Source: Convolutriloba macropyga
Taxonomy: Eukaryota
DNA length: 64,000 nt
Direction of reading: 5' to 3'
Assembly (NCBI RefSeq): GCF_964194025.1
Contig: NC_134479.1
Coordinates: 15,624,001 to 15,688,000 of the forward strand
The translations under genes were made by a program, and so were the position numbers. Shown here piece after piece: positions 12,114-24,000 of the stretch (its first letter is position 1; each line of letters begins with the position of its first letter). The notes beneath the pieces are model-generated. The model saw nothing but the letters and a program-made list of their open reading frames with translations. It did not search any database and was not told the origin of the DNA.

Positions 12114-13014
12114 ACAGTTAGACAAATTGTACACGACAGGCAGTGCTGCATTTGGTAGTATTGCTAATTTAAAGAAGGCTAGTGGCTATACTAGAAGCAA
12201 AATTGTTCGCTATCTTCAGTCAAAAGCCCCCTACACGAAATACAGACAATTCAGGAAAAGCTTCCCCCGACTGAAAGCTGTTGCATACAGAATAAACGAA
12301 ATCTGGTCTGTCGATGTTGCGTTTATGGATAAAGTTGCCCAACACAACAATGGCGTAAAATATTTGTTAGTGGCTGTGGATGTTTTATCGCGTTACTTAC
12401 AAGTTCAACCAATGAAGGTCTTTTATGCAAAAGATGATGTTGAAGCCTTCAAAAAAATGATCAAGAAGAAACAGCCAGAGAAAGTATAGACAGACAAGGG
12501 ATCAGAATTTAAAGGAGATTTCAAAAAGTTTTGTGAGAAGAAAGGAATTCATTTATATACAACAGAAAACGAAACCAAGTCGGCATTTGCAGAGAGGAAC
12601 ATTCGATCGCTTAAAAACATCATTTACAAATATTTGGAGGAAAAGTGGACTTGGACGTATATTAAAGATTTGCCCCAGTTTGTAAATACTATAAACGGTC
12701 GTGTCAACCGGGTTACCCAATTAGCACCTAATAAAATTTTCAAAAGACACGAACCATTTTTAATATCACTTGCTTCAGACAACAACAAATACAAACCAAA
12801 ATACGAAGAAGGAGACCTTGTTAGGATTGCAACGCTTTTCAGAAAAGCTTATAAACAAAACTACACAGACGAAGTTTTCACAGTACTACGATTGGCTACA
12901 ACAAGTCCACCCACATACAATCTCTTTGACGCGAACAACGTTGAAATCCTAGGGAAATTTTTTGAACCGGAATTGGCAAAAAATGACGTGTTGAAAACTG
13001 AAGAGGAGCAATGA
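11974..13014 (+). pseudogene. Retroviral-like (rve) integrase
   Basis: WSVDVAFM..KYLLVAVDVLSRY..KV*TDKGSEF..KSAFAERNIRSLK gives the DDE core. Premature TAG at 12487-12489 (probably a former TGG). True start codon uncertain; no chromodomain seen. Confidence 0.95.
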
Positions 13015-13795
13015 GTTCTAACAGCGATGAGTTTACAATTGACTTGATTTCCAACGCCTCGATGGGAATTTTTAGTGAGAACACGATGGCGTCATTTCGG
13101 AATCAATTATCTCAATTGATCCAACTACAAGGAGAATGGCAAGTGGCGTTGACTTCACTATCTTTTCCATCAAATATCAATAACGTCAACTCTGGAGAAA
13201 TTGTTGTTTACACAAATTCAAGGACCGAGACCGATGAGTTGAGAAATCAATCAGGGCAAAACAGAAAAACTCGGACTGGTATTTACAACAGTTGGGAAAA
13301 TCTAGTCACAGAAATTGTTCGCATTGCAAGTTTGAAACAGTTCGATCGCAGGTTCGACAAAGTCACGCAAAAACTCACGTTGACATTTGGGAAAAACGAA
13401 GGATTGTAATTCCAAGACAATGAAATTCCCAGCATTCTTGGTTTTAAAGGCACGCCTGACCCTTCACATAGTGGATTTGTGCATATCGGTTACAAGAAAA
13501 ACGTGGAAAATGAAAATGCAAACGCTCCTAACAGACATTTAGCCAACTTCCCCGTCGATATAACATGTGGATCACAGCTGATTTTTGTCTACATCGACAT
13601 TATTGAACATCAACACGTGGGTGACTCGCGGGTACCCGTTCTCAAAATCATCGAGTCGGAAAGACGTCTAAGAAACGGTAGCCTCAACACCGTCACACCT
13701 GTTCACCATAAAACTTTCACAAACTTGGATTACAAGCGTTTACTTTCAAACAATATCCAGAACATCAAAGTCGAGCTGAGAAACGAGACCGGGCC
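13011..13795 (+). pseudogene. Minor capsid protein (penton, single jelly roll)
   Basis: FTIDLISNASMGIFSENTMASFRNQL..GEWQVAL and IFVYIDIIEHQHVGDSRVPVLKII..IKVELRNETG motifs. Premature TAA at 13407-13409; last residues appear deleted. Confidence 0.85.
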
Positions 13796-13822
13796 TACTA
13801 TGATAATCAAGCATCCAATTCA

Positions 13823-14221
13823 ATGCCCCATTTCTCAGGACATTACAGACAAAGAGGAAGTGGATTCGGCGCATTAGTTGCTGGTATTGAACGTGTGGCA
13901 TTACCCTTAGCTAGGCGAGTTATTTGGCCAGCAGCGAAAAAAATCGGAAGAGAATTGCTAGTGCAAGGTTCACCAGAGTTATTAGAATTTGCAACAAAGA
14001 AGAAATCAGCGAAGCAAGCTCTGAAAAGTACAGTTAAAAAAACAGCTAAAAAACAAATCGGAGGGTCACTTCAACGTGGTCAAAAAGCAGCCTATCCCAA
14101 AAGGTCAACCTCGAAGAAAACATATAAAAAACCTCTACCAAAGAAAAGGATCATCTCTCAAAAAGCAAACCTACAAAGGAGTCGATCGGATTTCTTCTCT
14201 AAAGTGAAAAATGCGTACTAA
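13823..14221 (+). CDS. Basic core/DNA-binding-like virion protein (132 aa, intact)
   Basis: MPHFSGHYRQRGSGFG N-terminus (QxGxG motif), amphipathic helix, Lys/Arg-rich tail and IGG/S resembling an adenain cleavage site; lies between mCP and MCP. Confidence 0.7.
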   Translation: MPHFSGHYRQRGSGFGALVAGIERVALPLARRVIWPAAKKIGRELLVQGSPELLEFATKKKSAKQALKSTVKKTAKKQIGGSLQRGQKAAYPKRSTSKKTYKKPLPKKRIISQKANLQRSRSDFFSKVKNAY

Positions 14222-15512
14222 CATTGTTATTCCCACAGAGGCTACACACAGCTCACTCGACTTATTCGAAAAACCTCCTCTGCTGGTTACATTTGATCAA
14301 TCATTCGAGCAAAAAACGAACACTTTACTCACCCACTGGATCTTCGTTAGAGTTTGAAATAGTCGGTGACAGAAATAATTTCATCGACCTGCAGAAAATT
14401 TATCTGGAAATCAAATTTCGAGTTGTTCAAAGTAATGGAAACGATTTACGCTTCAACACGGGAGATGCCAACAATAGTGACTCACCACATTTGGTCAATA
14501 ACGCCTTACATTCGCTTTTTACTGATTGCTCAGCGTCAGCAAACGGTATTAAAATTTCTTTCGCCAATGGTCACTACGCACACAAGAGTTTCATTGAAAC
14601 AGAATTTTCTCATGGGTCGGATGCGAAAAAAACCTGGCTGATATGTCAGGGATATGAATATGAAGCAGACCCAACAGGTGTCCCAGCCGCTACAATTACA
14701 GCTCGACAAGTAACTGTGAGAAGATCAGCCCAAATCACAATGTATGGAAAAATTGCTACCAATTTTTTTTCATGCGAGACTATCTAGCGAGCGGAGTAAC
14801 TTTACGAATTTTTTTCCGACGATCACAGGATGATTTTACGATTGTAAGTGAAGACGGGGCTCAACACTATAAAATCAAAATTGATGAAGCAAATTTGTTC
14901 GTGCGAAAAATGACGGTCTCGGATAACGTGGTGGGCGCAATCGAGAAAACACTTCTCAAAACACCTGCAATGTATCGCTAAAATGAAGTTATTTCAAAAG
15001 CTTTTCTAGCAACAGCTGGGCAACAGAGCTGGAAACAAGAGGACATTTTCACTAAAGAACCCATTCGGAGATTGATAGTTGCCAAGTGCCGCAGTGATGC
15101 GTTCATCAGTACCAGTACGCTAAATCCATTTTCATATAGAAAGTTTGACTTAAATGAGATAATAAATTACCGTAATGGGTTCGCCACCGCTGGCACACCG
15201 ATGTCAACAACTGATAATAAACGACTATACTACAACTCAATGGCTGCACTAGCTTATGTAGAAAATGGTGACGGAATACCGCTCACTGACTTTCCCGAAC
15301 ACTATATAATGGTATTTGACCTTACCAGCACACAAGAGGCTACACATGATTTCATCCATCCTGAGTTAACAAACTCATCATCATCCGTGGAACTTAAATT
15401 CGGAGCAGCTTTACCGAACAACATTGAAATATTATTCTTGGAGGAAAAATGTTCAACAGTATACATCGATTCTGCGAGAAACGTTTCCAAAAACGCTCTT
15501 CCTATGATCTAA
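14211..15512 (+). pseudogene. Major capsid protein (double jelly roll, hexon-like)
   Basis: HSSLDLFEKPP..LEFEIVGDRNNFIDL..NNALHSLF..NGHYAHKSFIETEFS..ANLFVRK..NPFSY..VFDLT motifs. Frameshifts at ~14315 and ~14778, stop at 14979-14981. Confidence 0.9.
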
Positions 15513-15957
15513 TGGATGAAGATCGGATATTTAAGTTGATTCTACAATGCAAGCACCTAATTTTTAAATTCAACGGTGTATATGCAGCTAACAATTTCCC
15601 CTTAAACATGCCAACCAATTCATTTGCTATTGTTAACGCATCCCCAGCCTCCTCACCCGGATCTCATTGGATCGTTCTCGCAAAAAAATATGACTACTCA
15701 AAAACATACTTTGCCGACCCGCTGGCATTACCTCTTTATTCATATAAACACATAACAGACTGATTTCGACTGATAGCATGATAGTGGACCTTATGGAAGA
15801 CCGACGTGACTCAAACAAACCCCTGCAAAGTGCAAACTCTCAAATGTGTGGACTTTACTGTATTTATATTGCTCATTATGTTCTCAATGATAACTTTCCA
15901 TTCATTCCCGATATAAATGAAGTTCAGCTTTTGTCATTTGTTAAAAATGTGAAGTGA
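15512..15957 (+). pseudogene. Adenain-like (adenoviral-type) cysteine protease
   Basis: FNGVYAAN..IVNASPASSPGSHWIVL..YFADPL..LQSANSQMCGLYCIY contains the catalytic H, D, Q and C. Stop at 15761-15763 plus a frameshift. Confidence 0.92.
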
Positions 15958-17383
15958 ATATTCTAAAAGTTTCTTTATTTTGTCTGATGACTCATCAGAT
16001 CATGCAATACATTTGAGTATTTTGAATTAAATTCAGGCCCTGGATTAATAGACGGAAAGCTGGATAAACATTTTACAGCTTGTAAACAACTTCAAATTTT
16101 GTCTAGACAATGGAATGTTAGGTATGTAAATAACTAAGATTACAGCATCATGACGTTAACTCGGCTAGACATGAACAAACAAACAGATATCTCGCATCTG
16201 ATTGGTTGATTAAATCTGAGAAGTTTGTTCCGGGGACTTGAAAACCAATCATTGCTTTCTGCCCTACATCTTGAAATCAGTTCACAAAATATTCAGTTTT
16301 TGTTTACAGAATTCAGCTTTTCTCAAAATTCACCTAATCGGAACAACACATTCCCGTGTTTTCGAAATGCCACAAGTCAAGTGTGATATTTGCCAGCAAC
16401 TGCTTTCTGACAAAAGGAGCCCCAGGCGTCACCGAAAAAGCATCCACAAGATCTATCCACAAAGTAATTCATTTGAATGCGAGGAGTGTGGTTTCTCTAC
16501 AAAAAGTCTCTACGAACTAACAGGGCATATGACAGTACATCACGATGCGCCCAATCCCCGCTACTGTCTATATTGCAACAAATGCTTCCCTCGCGATGTT
16601 GATTATTTAGAGCACATGAACGGTGTTCACAGTCTACCAGCATGGAATATTGACTCGGATAACCTTCAACATTCGGGTATTTTGCCGACAGAACGAGCTT
16701 TTGGGGGCGCTCTAAAAACGTACGAAATTGCATTCGGGGCAAATGATCTGGGCTACTTCATGTCATGCATAAAAAACGACAAGAAATTGAAAACATTGTG
16801 CGATTGAGCGTTCAGCAACTTTCACAAAAAGTTCAATTCAGCTCAAAAATACAGTTGACAAAACCTCCAAAACATGATGATGAAATTTTTTCAAGTCAAC
16901 CAGATCGAATCTCAGTATATTTACAGTCAAAAATGGAACGTGTAGACTTTGCGGGTCTGTCAGACAAAAGCTTCCATAGCATGGTTGAGCAGATGCTTCT
17001 GTCGTTGAACAATTTTGCATCACACGGTAGTGGTTGCATCAGATTGAGAACATAGAAGTACGATTGGTAAAAAACAAACCAATAAGCGCATCTTCATATC
17101 TAGCGCTCCCGGGAACACTCTCTGGTATGTCGGCTTTGTTTAATATACGAAACAGAGAGGATAAACACTGTTTCCTCTACTGTTATACCGCAGCGTACCA
17201 TTTGAAGTATGGCCCCCGACTTGTTCCTATTGGTTCTTCATCACGAAGGATAACCAGCCCTGCTACATACGGACCAGGAAATCGAATTGCGAAACAGGCA
17301 AGTGGCGATTTCAAAATGCCAATGGGCTTTCATCAAATGCCAAGATTCGGGGCACTCAATGATGTCTGTGTCAACGTTTTTCG

Positions 17384-17565
17384 GTGAGAAAAAGTTAAAC
17401 TTTCAAACTCCTATGACCCCCTCCAGAAAAGAACAATTTTCAAACACTTATAACCCCATCCAGAAAAAAACAACTTTCAAACTCTTATACCCCCTCCAGA
17501 AAAAAATAAACTAGATCTAGACCTAAAAGTGTTAAAAACAATGATAACACAAAATTAATTTTTAG
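17384..17565 (+). other. Spliceosomal intron 1 of pPolB (182 bp, phase 2)
   Basis: CG|GTGAGA ... TTTTTAG|G. Removal joins VNVFR to YTESGPTPFRVSKK..LDLLLLSDGQMHHYVLI in frame. Contains three ~37-bp tandem repeats. Confidence 0.85.
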
Positions 17566-20066
17566 GTACACTGAGAGCGGGCCAACACCATTCAGAGTAT
17601 CAAAAAAAACAAACTGCGACTTTAATTTGGATCTTCTACTGCTTAGTGATGGTCAAATGCATCACTATGTCTTGATCCGAAATTTGCGTAGTTTTATACA
17701 CAGAGTCCGCGAGCGAGTCCAAGGACTGAAAACTATATTTGTCGAAACTGCTTTCACGTTTCTTCTTCAAAGGAGCGTCATGATAAAAATCTTGGCTTTT
17801 GTCTAGAAAACAAACCAGCAGTCGTATCTGGCTGTGGGAACAACCCGCAAAATGCAGAAACAAGAATCATAGAGCTTCAAAAGCCATGCAGCTACGCAAT
17901 GCTTTTTGTTGGGCAGGACGAGGTTGAGCCCTTTCATTTTGAATGCGAAAGTGGTCCTGACATCATGTCCAAGTTTGTAGAATCTCTCGAGCAAATAGCG
18001 AAGAAAATATATCAAGCGAAACAACGAAACAGGTATTTTCATGGTGAGGCGCCATATTCAAAGGAAGATGCAGACGATTGTTGGATATGTGAGGAAACTC
18101 TTGAAAACACAATAGAAAACCCAACTCTTTGGGATCACTGTCATTTTACAGGCCAATTTTTAGGATGGGCACACAACAGTTGTAACATCAATAGAAAGTT
18201 CTTAAACTACACACCGGTATTTGCTCACAACCTTTCGAATTACGATCTTCACCACGTAATTCTTGCTCTTCAAGGGAGCAATATGTGCAATACTATCTCA
18301 ATTATACCCAGTACAGATAAAAAATTCATAGCTGTTGAAATTGGTGTTCTAATCAAGATGCGTCCTGACAAAAATGGAGTCAATAAACCAGTGTATGAGC
18401 ACATAAGATTATTGGATTCCTTCCGATTCATGCCATCATCACTAGACACTCTCACTAAAAATCTACCACCAACCGAGTTCACCTTGCTCGAAGACTACTT
18501 CAAAGACTGGCCAGAATCATCTCTAAACACGCTCAAGCAAAAAAGCTTCTTCCCTTACAACTACATCGACAGCTTTCCAAAACTCGGAGAATCTGAACTA
18601 CCATCGAGAGAAAAGTAGACTAACAGCCTTCAACAGTACCAAATTAGTGTAACTGAGGATGAATACAAGCACGCTCTTACTGTTTTTGAAGCATTCAAAT
18701 GTAAAACAATTGGAGAGTACTACAATCTCTATTTGAAAACGGATGTCTTCCTCCTTGCTGCTGTCGTATTTTGCTTTCGCTAGGTATGCTACCAAACTTA
18801 TGGACTTGACTGTTGTCAATACTACACAGCTTCAAATCTTTCGGGGGACGCTAAGCTCAAAATTTGTCAGGCACCCCTTGAGCTTCTCACAGACAGGGAA
18901 CAGTTGCACATGGTTGAGGGTTTGATCAGGGGCGGAGTGAGTTCTATCTACAACAGGGGACTCTCAGTTGCCAACAACAAATATCTCCCGAATTTCAATC
19001 CAAAAGAATCTTCAACATTTATAGTCATGATTGACGCGAACAATCTTATGGTGGCATAATGGAAAAGTTCACGTTGCCTCTCAATGATTTTGAGTTCACA
19101 AACCAACAATGGGACTCTGATCTTGAGCCACAATTCATTCAGAAAGTACTGGAGACTTCTGACGATAGTGATGTTGGATACATTTTGGAAGTGGACTTGT
19201 CATACCCAGACGCACTTCATGACCTTCACTCTGATTTCCCCCTAGCTCCAGTGAAGCAGCAGGTTGAACGTGCTGGTTAGGCGATTATCAAGAAGAACTC
19301 TTAACTGATATGCAGATGAATGCCCCACCCTCGAGTAATAAGCTCATTCAAACTCTATTCCCCAAGAAGAACTATATTCTACATTACCAGACACTAAAAT
19401 TATATGTTCAATTAGGTATGAAGGTTGAAAAACTGCATCGTGCGCTAACGTTTAACCAATCAAAGTGGTTGGCGCCATACGTTCAACTCAACACGCAAAA
19501 ACGAAAGGAGGCAAAAAACAATTTTGAGGAAAATTTTTATAAACTGATGGTCAACAGCACCTTCGGAAAAACATTTGAGGGGACGAGGAATCGAATCAAG
19601 GTGAAATTAGGCCGTAGTGAAGATGAGGCTCTCAAGTGGACTTGCACTCCACAGCTGAAATCTTTCAAAATAATTGGTGAAGATCTGGCAACAATTAGCC
19701 TTAACCAAACTAAAATTCTGTGGGATAAACCAACAATCGTTGGTGCATGTATCCTGGATCTCTCCAAGAAGTTCATGTTTGACTTTCACTATAATACTAT
19801 GAAAAAGCATTTCAACTGCAAACTGTTATACTCAGACACAGACCCATTCGTTTACGAGATCAGATCTAATGAATTTTACGCCGAACTGAGACGAAAAACT
19901 GCTCTTAAAGATCTCTTCGACTTCTCCAACTTCCCCAGCGACCATGAGCTCCATGACCGTTGTAATGCCCGGGTTACACTAAAGTTCAAGGATGAGATGG
20001 GTGGTAAACTGATCTCGGAGTTTGTGGGCCTCAAACCAAAGCTATACTCAATCAAACTTGCGGATG

Positions 20067-20205
20067 GTGAGTATACATTTAAATATTTCTTTGGGAACAA
20101 GAAAACATTATTTCCTATACATGTAAAAATGCAGGCAAGACTGGTGAAAGCGTAAAAGATATTAGAAAGGTGTAAGAGGCTCAAAAACAAAAGTAGAATT
20201 TTCAG
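20067..20205 (+). other. Spliceosomal intron 2 of pPolB (139 bp, phase 1)
   Basis: G|GTGAGT ... TTTTCAG|GA. Removal joins GLKPKLYSIKLADG to SPKQSAKGV in frame with the 20256-20957 ORF. Confidence 0.88.
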
Positions 20206-21075
20206 GATCTCCTAAGCAGTCAGCCAAAGGTGTCACGAAGGATGCTCGCAGTAAGATGACTCATGAAATGTACAAGCAAGTGCTCAACGGTGGAGAAACA
20301 ATGAGACTAGTCAACACAAGAATTGCTTCTAGCAAACATCAGTTGATGACAGTTGTTTGTAACAAAAAATCGCTCTCTGGATATGACGATAAACGCTATA
20401 TTTTGGACGATAGGATCACTACACTACCGTACGGCCATCACGCTCTGCGAGAGGAAATGTTCATGCGGAAGATTCTTCATGATCCTGACTGGAGTTCAAG
20501 CGATGACGAGGAGACAAACGTTCACTTCGCCGAATCAACTATGGAGCAGAGTCCGCCGATTACTCAGCACAAACAGCTTTCAGAAACTTGGTCACCACCT
20601 GATCCAGGTTTTAACCAGCGTGAGTACAGTGAGGATGAGGATGATATTGTCAATTTTGCAAACCTTACTCAACAAGAGAGTGAGGGAGAGCTCGATAGGT
20701 GTTCTTTCATAGAAGACCATGCCATTGAATCAGGTTCGTCGCCTAGTCTTCTCGACCTAAGACCAGATTCCCCCATACATCTTTCTATCGATACTTCAGC
20801 ACAAAAGCAATCCACACACCGACCGCGACCATCAAAACGTAACAAAAATTGTGCAAAATGGAGGCTGGAGCTGATATCAGACGATGAATCTTTCAATATA
20901 GAAAGAATTAGGAAATGGAGAGTAGTGAAAATAGACTCAGATAGTGAAGAAAACTAAATTTGTAAAATTTACAGCTTACGTTTTGTGATTTGTTTCGTCT
21001 CTGCTTTATTTTTATAAAAGTATTAACCGTTTGTTGGATTTAAGAAAGCTTTTCAACTAGAGTCATAAAACAGTT

Positions 21076-24000
21076 CATAATATTAGTCTTTAAGGCTCCC
21101 ATATAATCGGTTGATCATTTATATCTAAGTCATTTTCATCCACAGTACCTTCAATCCATAGTATAAGTCTTTTAAAAGCTCCCATATAAGCAGTTGACCA
21201 ATTTATATCTAAGTCATTTTTGTCCTCAGTACCTTCAATCCATAGTATAAGTCCTTTAAAATCTCCTATATAAGCAGTTGATCAATTTATGTCTAGGTCA
21301 TTTTCATCCTCAGTACCTTCAATCCATAGTATAAGTCTTTTAAAAGCTCCCATATAAGCAGTTGATCAATTTATAACTAAGTCATTTTCATCCTCAGTAC
21401 CTTCAATCCATAGTATAAGTCTTTTAAAAGCTCCCATATAAGCAGTTGATCAATTAATGTCCAAGTCATTTTCATCCTCAGTACCTTCAATCCATAGTAT
21501 AAGTCTCTTAAAGCTCCCATATAAGCAGTTGATCAATTTATATCTAAGTCATTTTCATCCTCAGTACCTTCAATCCATAGTATAAACGTTTAAAGCCTCC
21601 CATATAAGCAGTTGATCAGTTTATATCTAAGTCATTCTCATCCCCAGTACCTTCAATTCATAGTATCAGTCTTTTAAAAGCTCCCATATAAGCAGATGAT
21701 CAATTTATATCTAAGTCAGTTTTGTCCTCAGTACCTTCAATCCATAGTATAAGTCTTTTAAAAGCTCCCATATAAGCAGTTGATCAATTAATGTCTAAGT
21801 CATTTTCATCCTCAGTACCTTCAATCCATAGTATAAGTCTCTTAAAGCTCCAATATAAGCAGTTGATCAATTTATATCTAAGTCATTCTCATCCTCAGTA
21901 CCTTCAATCCATAGTAAAAGTCTTTTAAAAGCTTCCATATAAGCAGTTGACCAGTTTATATCTAAGTCATTTTGTCCTCAGTACCTTCAATCCATAGTAT
22001 AAGTCTTTTAAAAGCTCCCATATAAGCAGTTGATCAATTTATGTCAAGGTCATTTTCATCCTCAGTACCTTCAATCCATAGTATAAGTCTTTTAAAAGCT
22101 CCCATATAAGCAGTTGATCAATTTATAACTAAGTCATTTTCATCCTCAGTATCTTCAATCCGTAGTATAAGTCTTTAAAGCCTCCCATATAAGCAGTTGA
22201 TCAATTTATATCTAAGTCATTTTCATCCCCAGTACCTTCAATCCATAGTATAAGTCTTTTAAAAGCTCCCATATAAGCAGGTGATCAATTTATATCTAAG
22301 TCAGTTTTGTCCTCAGTGCCTTCAATCCATAGTATAAGTCTTTTAAAAGCTCCCATATAAGCAGTTGATCAATTTTATGTCTAAGTCATTTTCATCCTCA
22401 GTACCTTCAATCCATAGTATAAGTCTCTTAAAGCTCCCATATAAGCATTTGATCAATTTATATCTAAGTCATTTTCATCCTCAGTACCTTCAATCCATAG
22501 TATAGGTCTTTAATGCCTCCCATATAAGCAGTTGATCAAATTATATCTAAGTCATTTTCATCCTCAGTACCTTCAATCCATAGTATAAGTCTTTTAAAAG
22601 CTCCCATATAAGCAGGTGATCAATTTATATCTAAGTGATTTTTGTCCTCAGTACCTTCAATCCATAGTATAAGTCTTTTAAAGCCCCCCACATAAGCAGT
22701 TGATCAATTTATATCTTAGTCACTTTTGTACTCAGTACCTTCAATCCATAGTATAAGTCTTTTAAAAGCTCCCATATAAGCAGGTGATCAATTTATATCT
22801 AAGTCAGTTTTGTCCTCAGTACCTTCAATCCATAGTCTAAGTCTTTTAAAAGCTCCCATGTAAGTAGTTGATCAATTAATGTCTAAATCATTTTCATCCT
22901 CAGTACCTTCAATCCATAGTATAAGTCTCTTAAAGCTCCCTTATAAGCAGTTGATCAATTTATATCTAAGTCATTTTCATTCTCAGTACCTTCAATCCAT
23001 AGTATAAGTCTTTAAAGCCTCCCATATAAGCAGTTGATCAATTTATATCTAAGTCATTTTCATCCTCAGTACCTTCAATCCATAGTATAAGTCTTTAAAG
23101 CCTCCCATATAAGCAGGTGATCAATTTATATCTAAGTCAGTTTTGTCCTCAGTACCTTCAATCCATAGTATAAGTCTTTTAAAAGCTCCCATGTAAGCAG
23201 TTCATCAATTAATGTCTAAATCATTTTCATCCTCAGTACCTTCAATCCATAGTATAAGTCTCTTAAAGCTCCCTTATAAGCAGTTGATCAATTTATATCT
23301 AAGTCATTTTCTTTCTCAGTACCTTCAATCCATAGTATAAGTCTTTAAAGCCTCCCATATAAGCAGGTGATCAATTTATATCTAAGTCAGTTTTGTCCTC
23401 AGTACCTTCAATCCATAGTATAAGTCTCTTAAAGCCTCCCATATAAGCAGTTGATCAATTTATATCCAAGTCATTTTTGTCCTCCGTATCTTCAATCCAC
23501 AGTATAAGTCTTTTAAAGCCTCCCACACAGGCAGTTGATCAATTTATATTCAAGTCATTTTTGTCCTCAGTACCTTCAATCCATAGTATAAGTCTTTTAA
23601 AGCCTCCCACACAAGCAGTTGATCAATTTATATCTAAGTCATTTTCATCCTCAGTACCTTCAATCCATAGTATACGTCTTTTCAAGCCCCCCACATAAGC
23701 AGTTGATCAACATATATCTAAGTCATTTTTGTCCTCAGTACCTTCAATCCATAGTATAAGTCTTTAAAGCCTCCCATATAAGCAGTTGATCAATTTATAT
23801 CTAAGTCATTTTCATCCCCACTACCTTCAATCCATAGTATAAGTCTTTTAAAAGCTCCCATATAAGCAGGTGATCAATTTATATCTAAGTCAGTTTTGTC
23901 CTCAGTAACTTCAATCCATAGTATAAGTCTTTTAAAAGCTCCCATATAAGCAGTTGATCAATTAATGTCTAAATCATTTTCATCCTCAGTACCTTCAATC

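Larger units (their letters stand above)
16367..20957 (+). pseudogene. Protein-primed DNA polymerase B with 3 N-terminal C2H2 fingers, an endonuclease-VII-like insert and two introns
   Basis: C2H2 fingers CDIC..H..H, CEEC..H..H, CLYC..H..H; NIRNREDKHCFLY; CWIC..DHCHFTG..AHNSCN; ExoII HNLSNYD; motifs IDANNL, KLMVNSTFGK, YSDTD, GLKPKLYS, AKGV, YDDKRY. Several stops and frameshifts; ExoI region appears deleted near 17905. Confidence 0.95.

Noticed and set aside
16122-16309. Coding intron upstream of pPolB (GTATGT..TTTACAG)
   Set aside because: No upstream ATG gives an open in-frame exon; it could be a 5'-UTR intron but I cannot support it.
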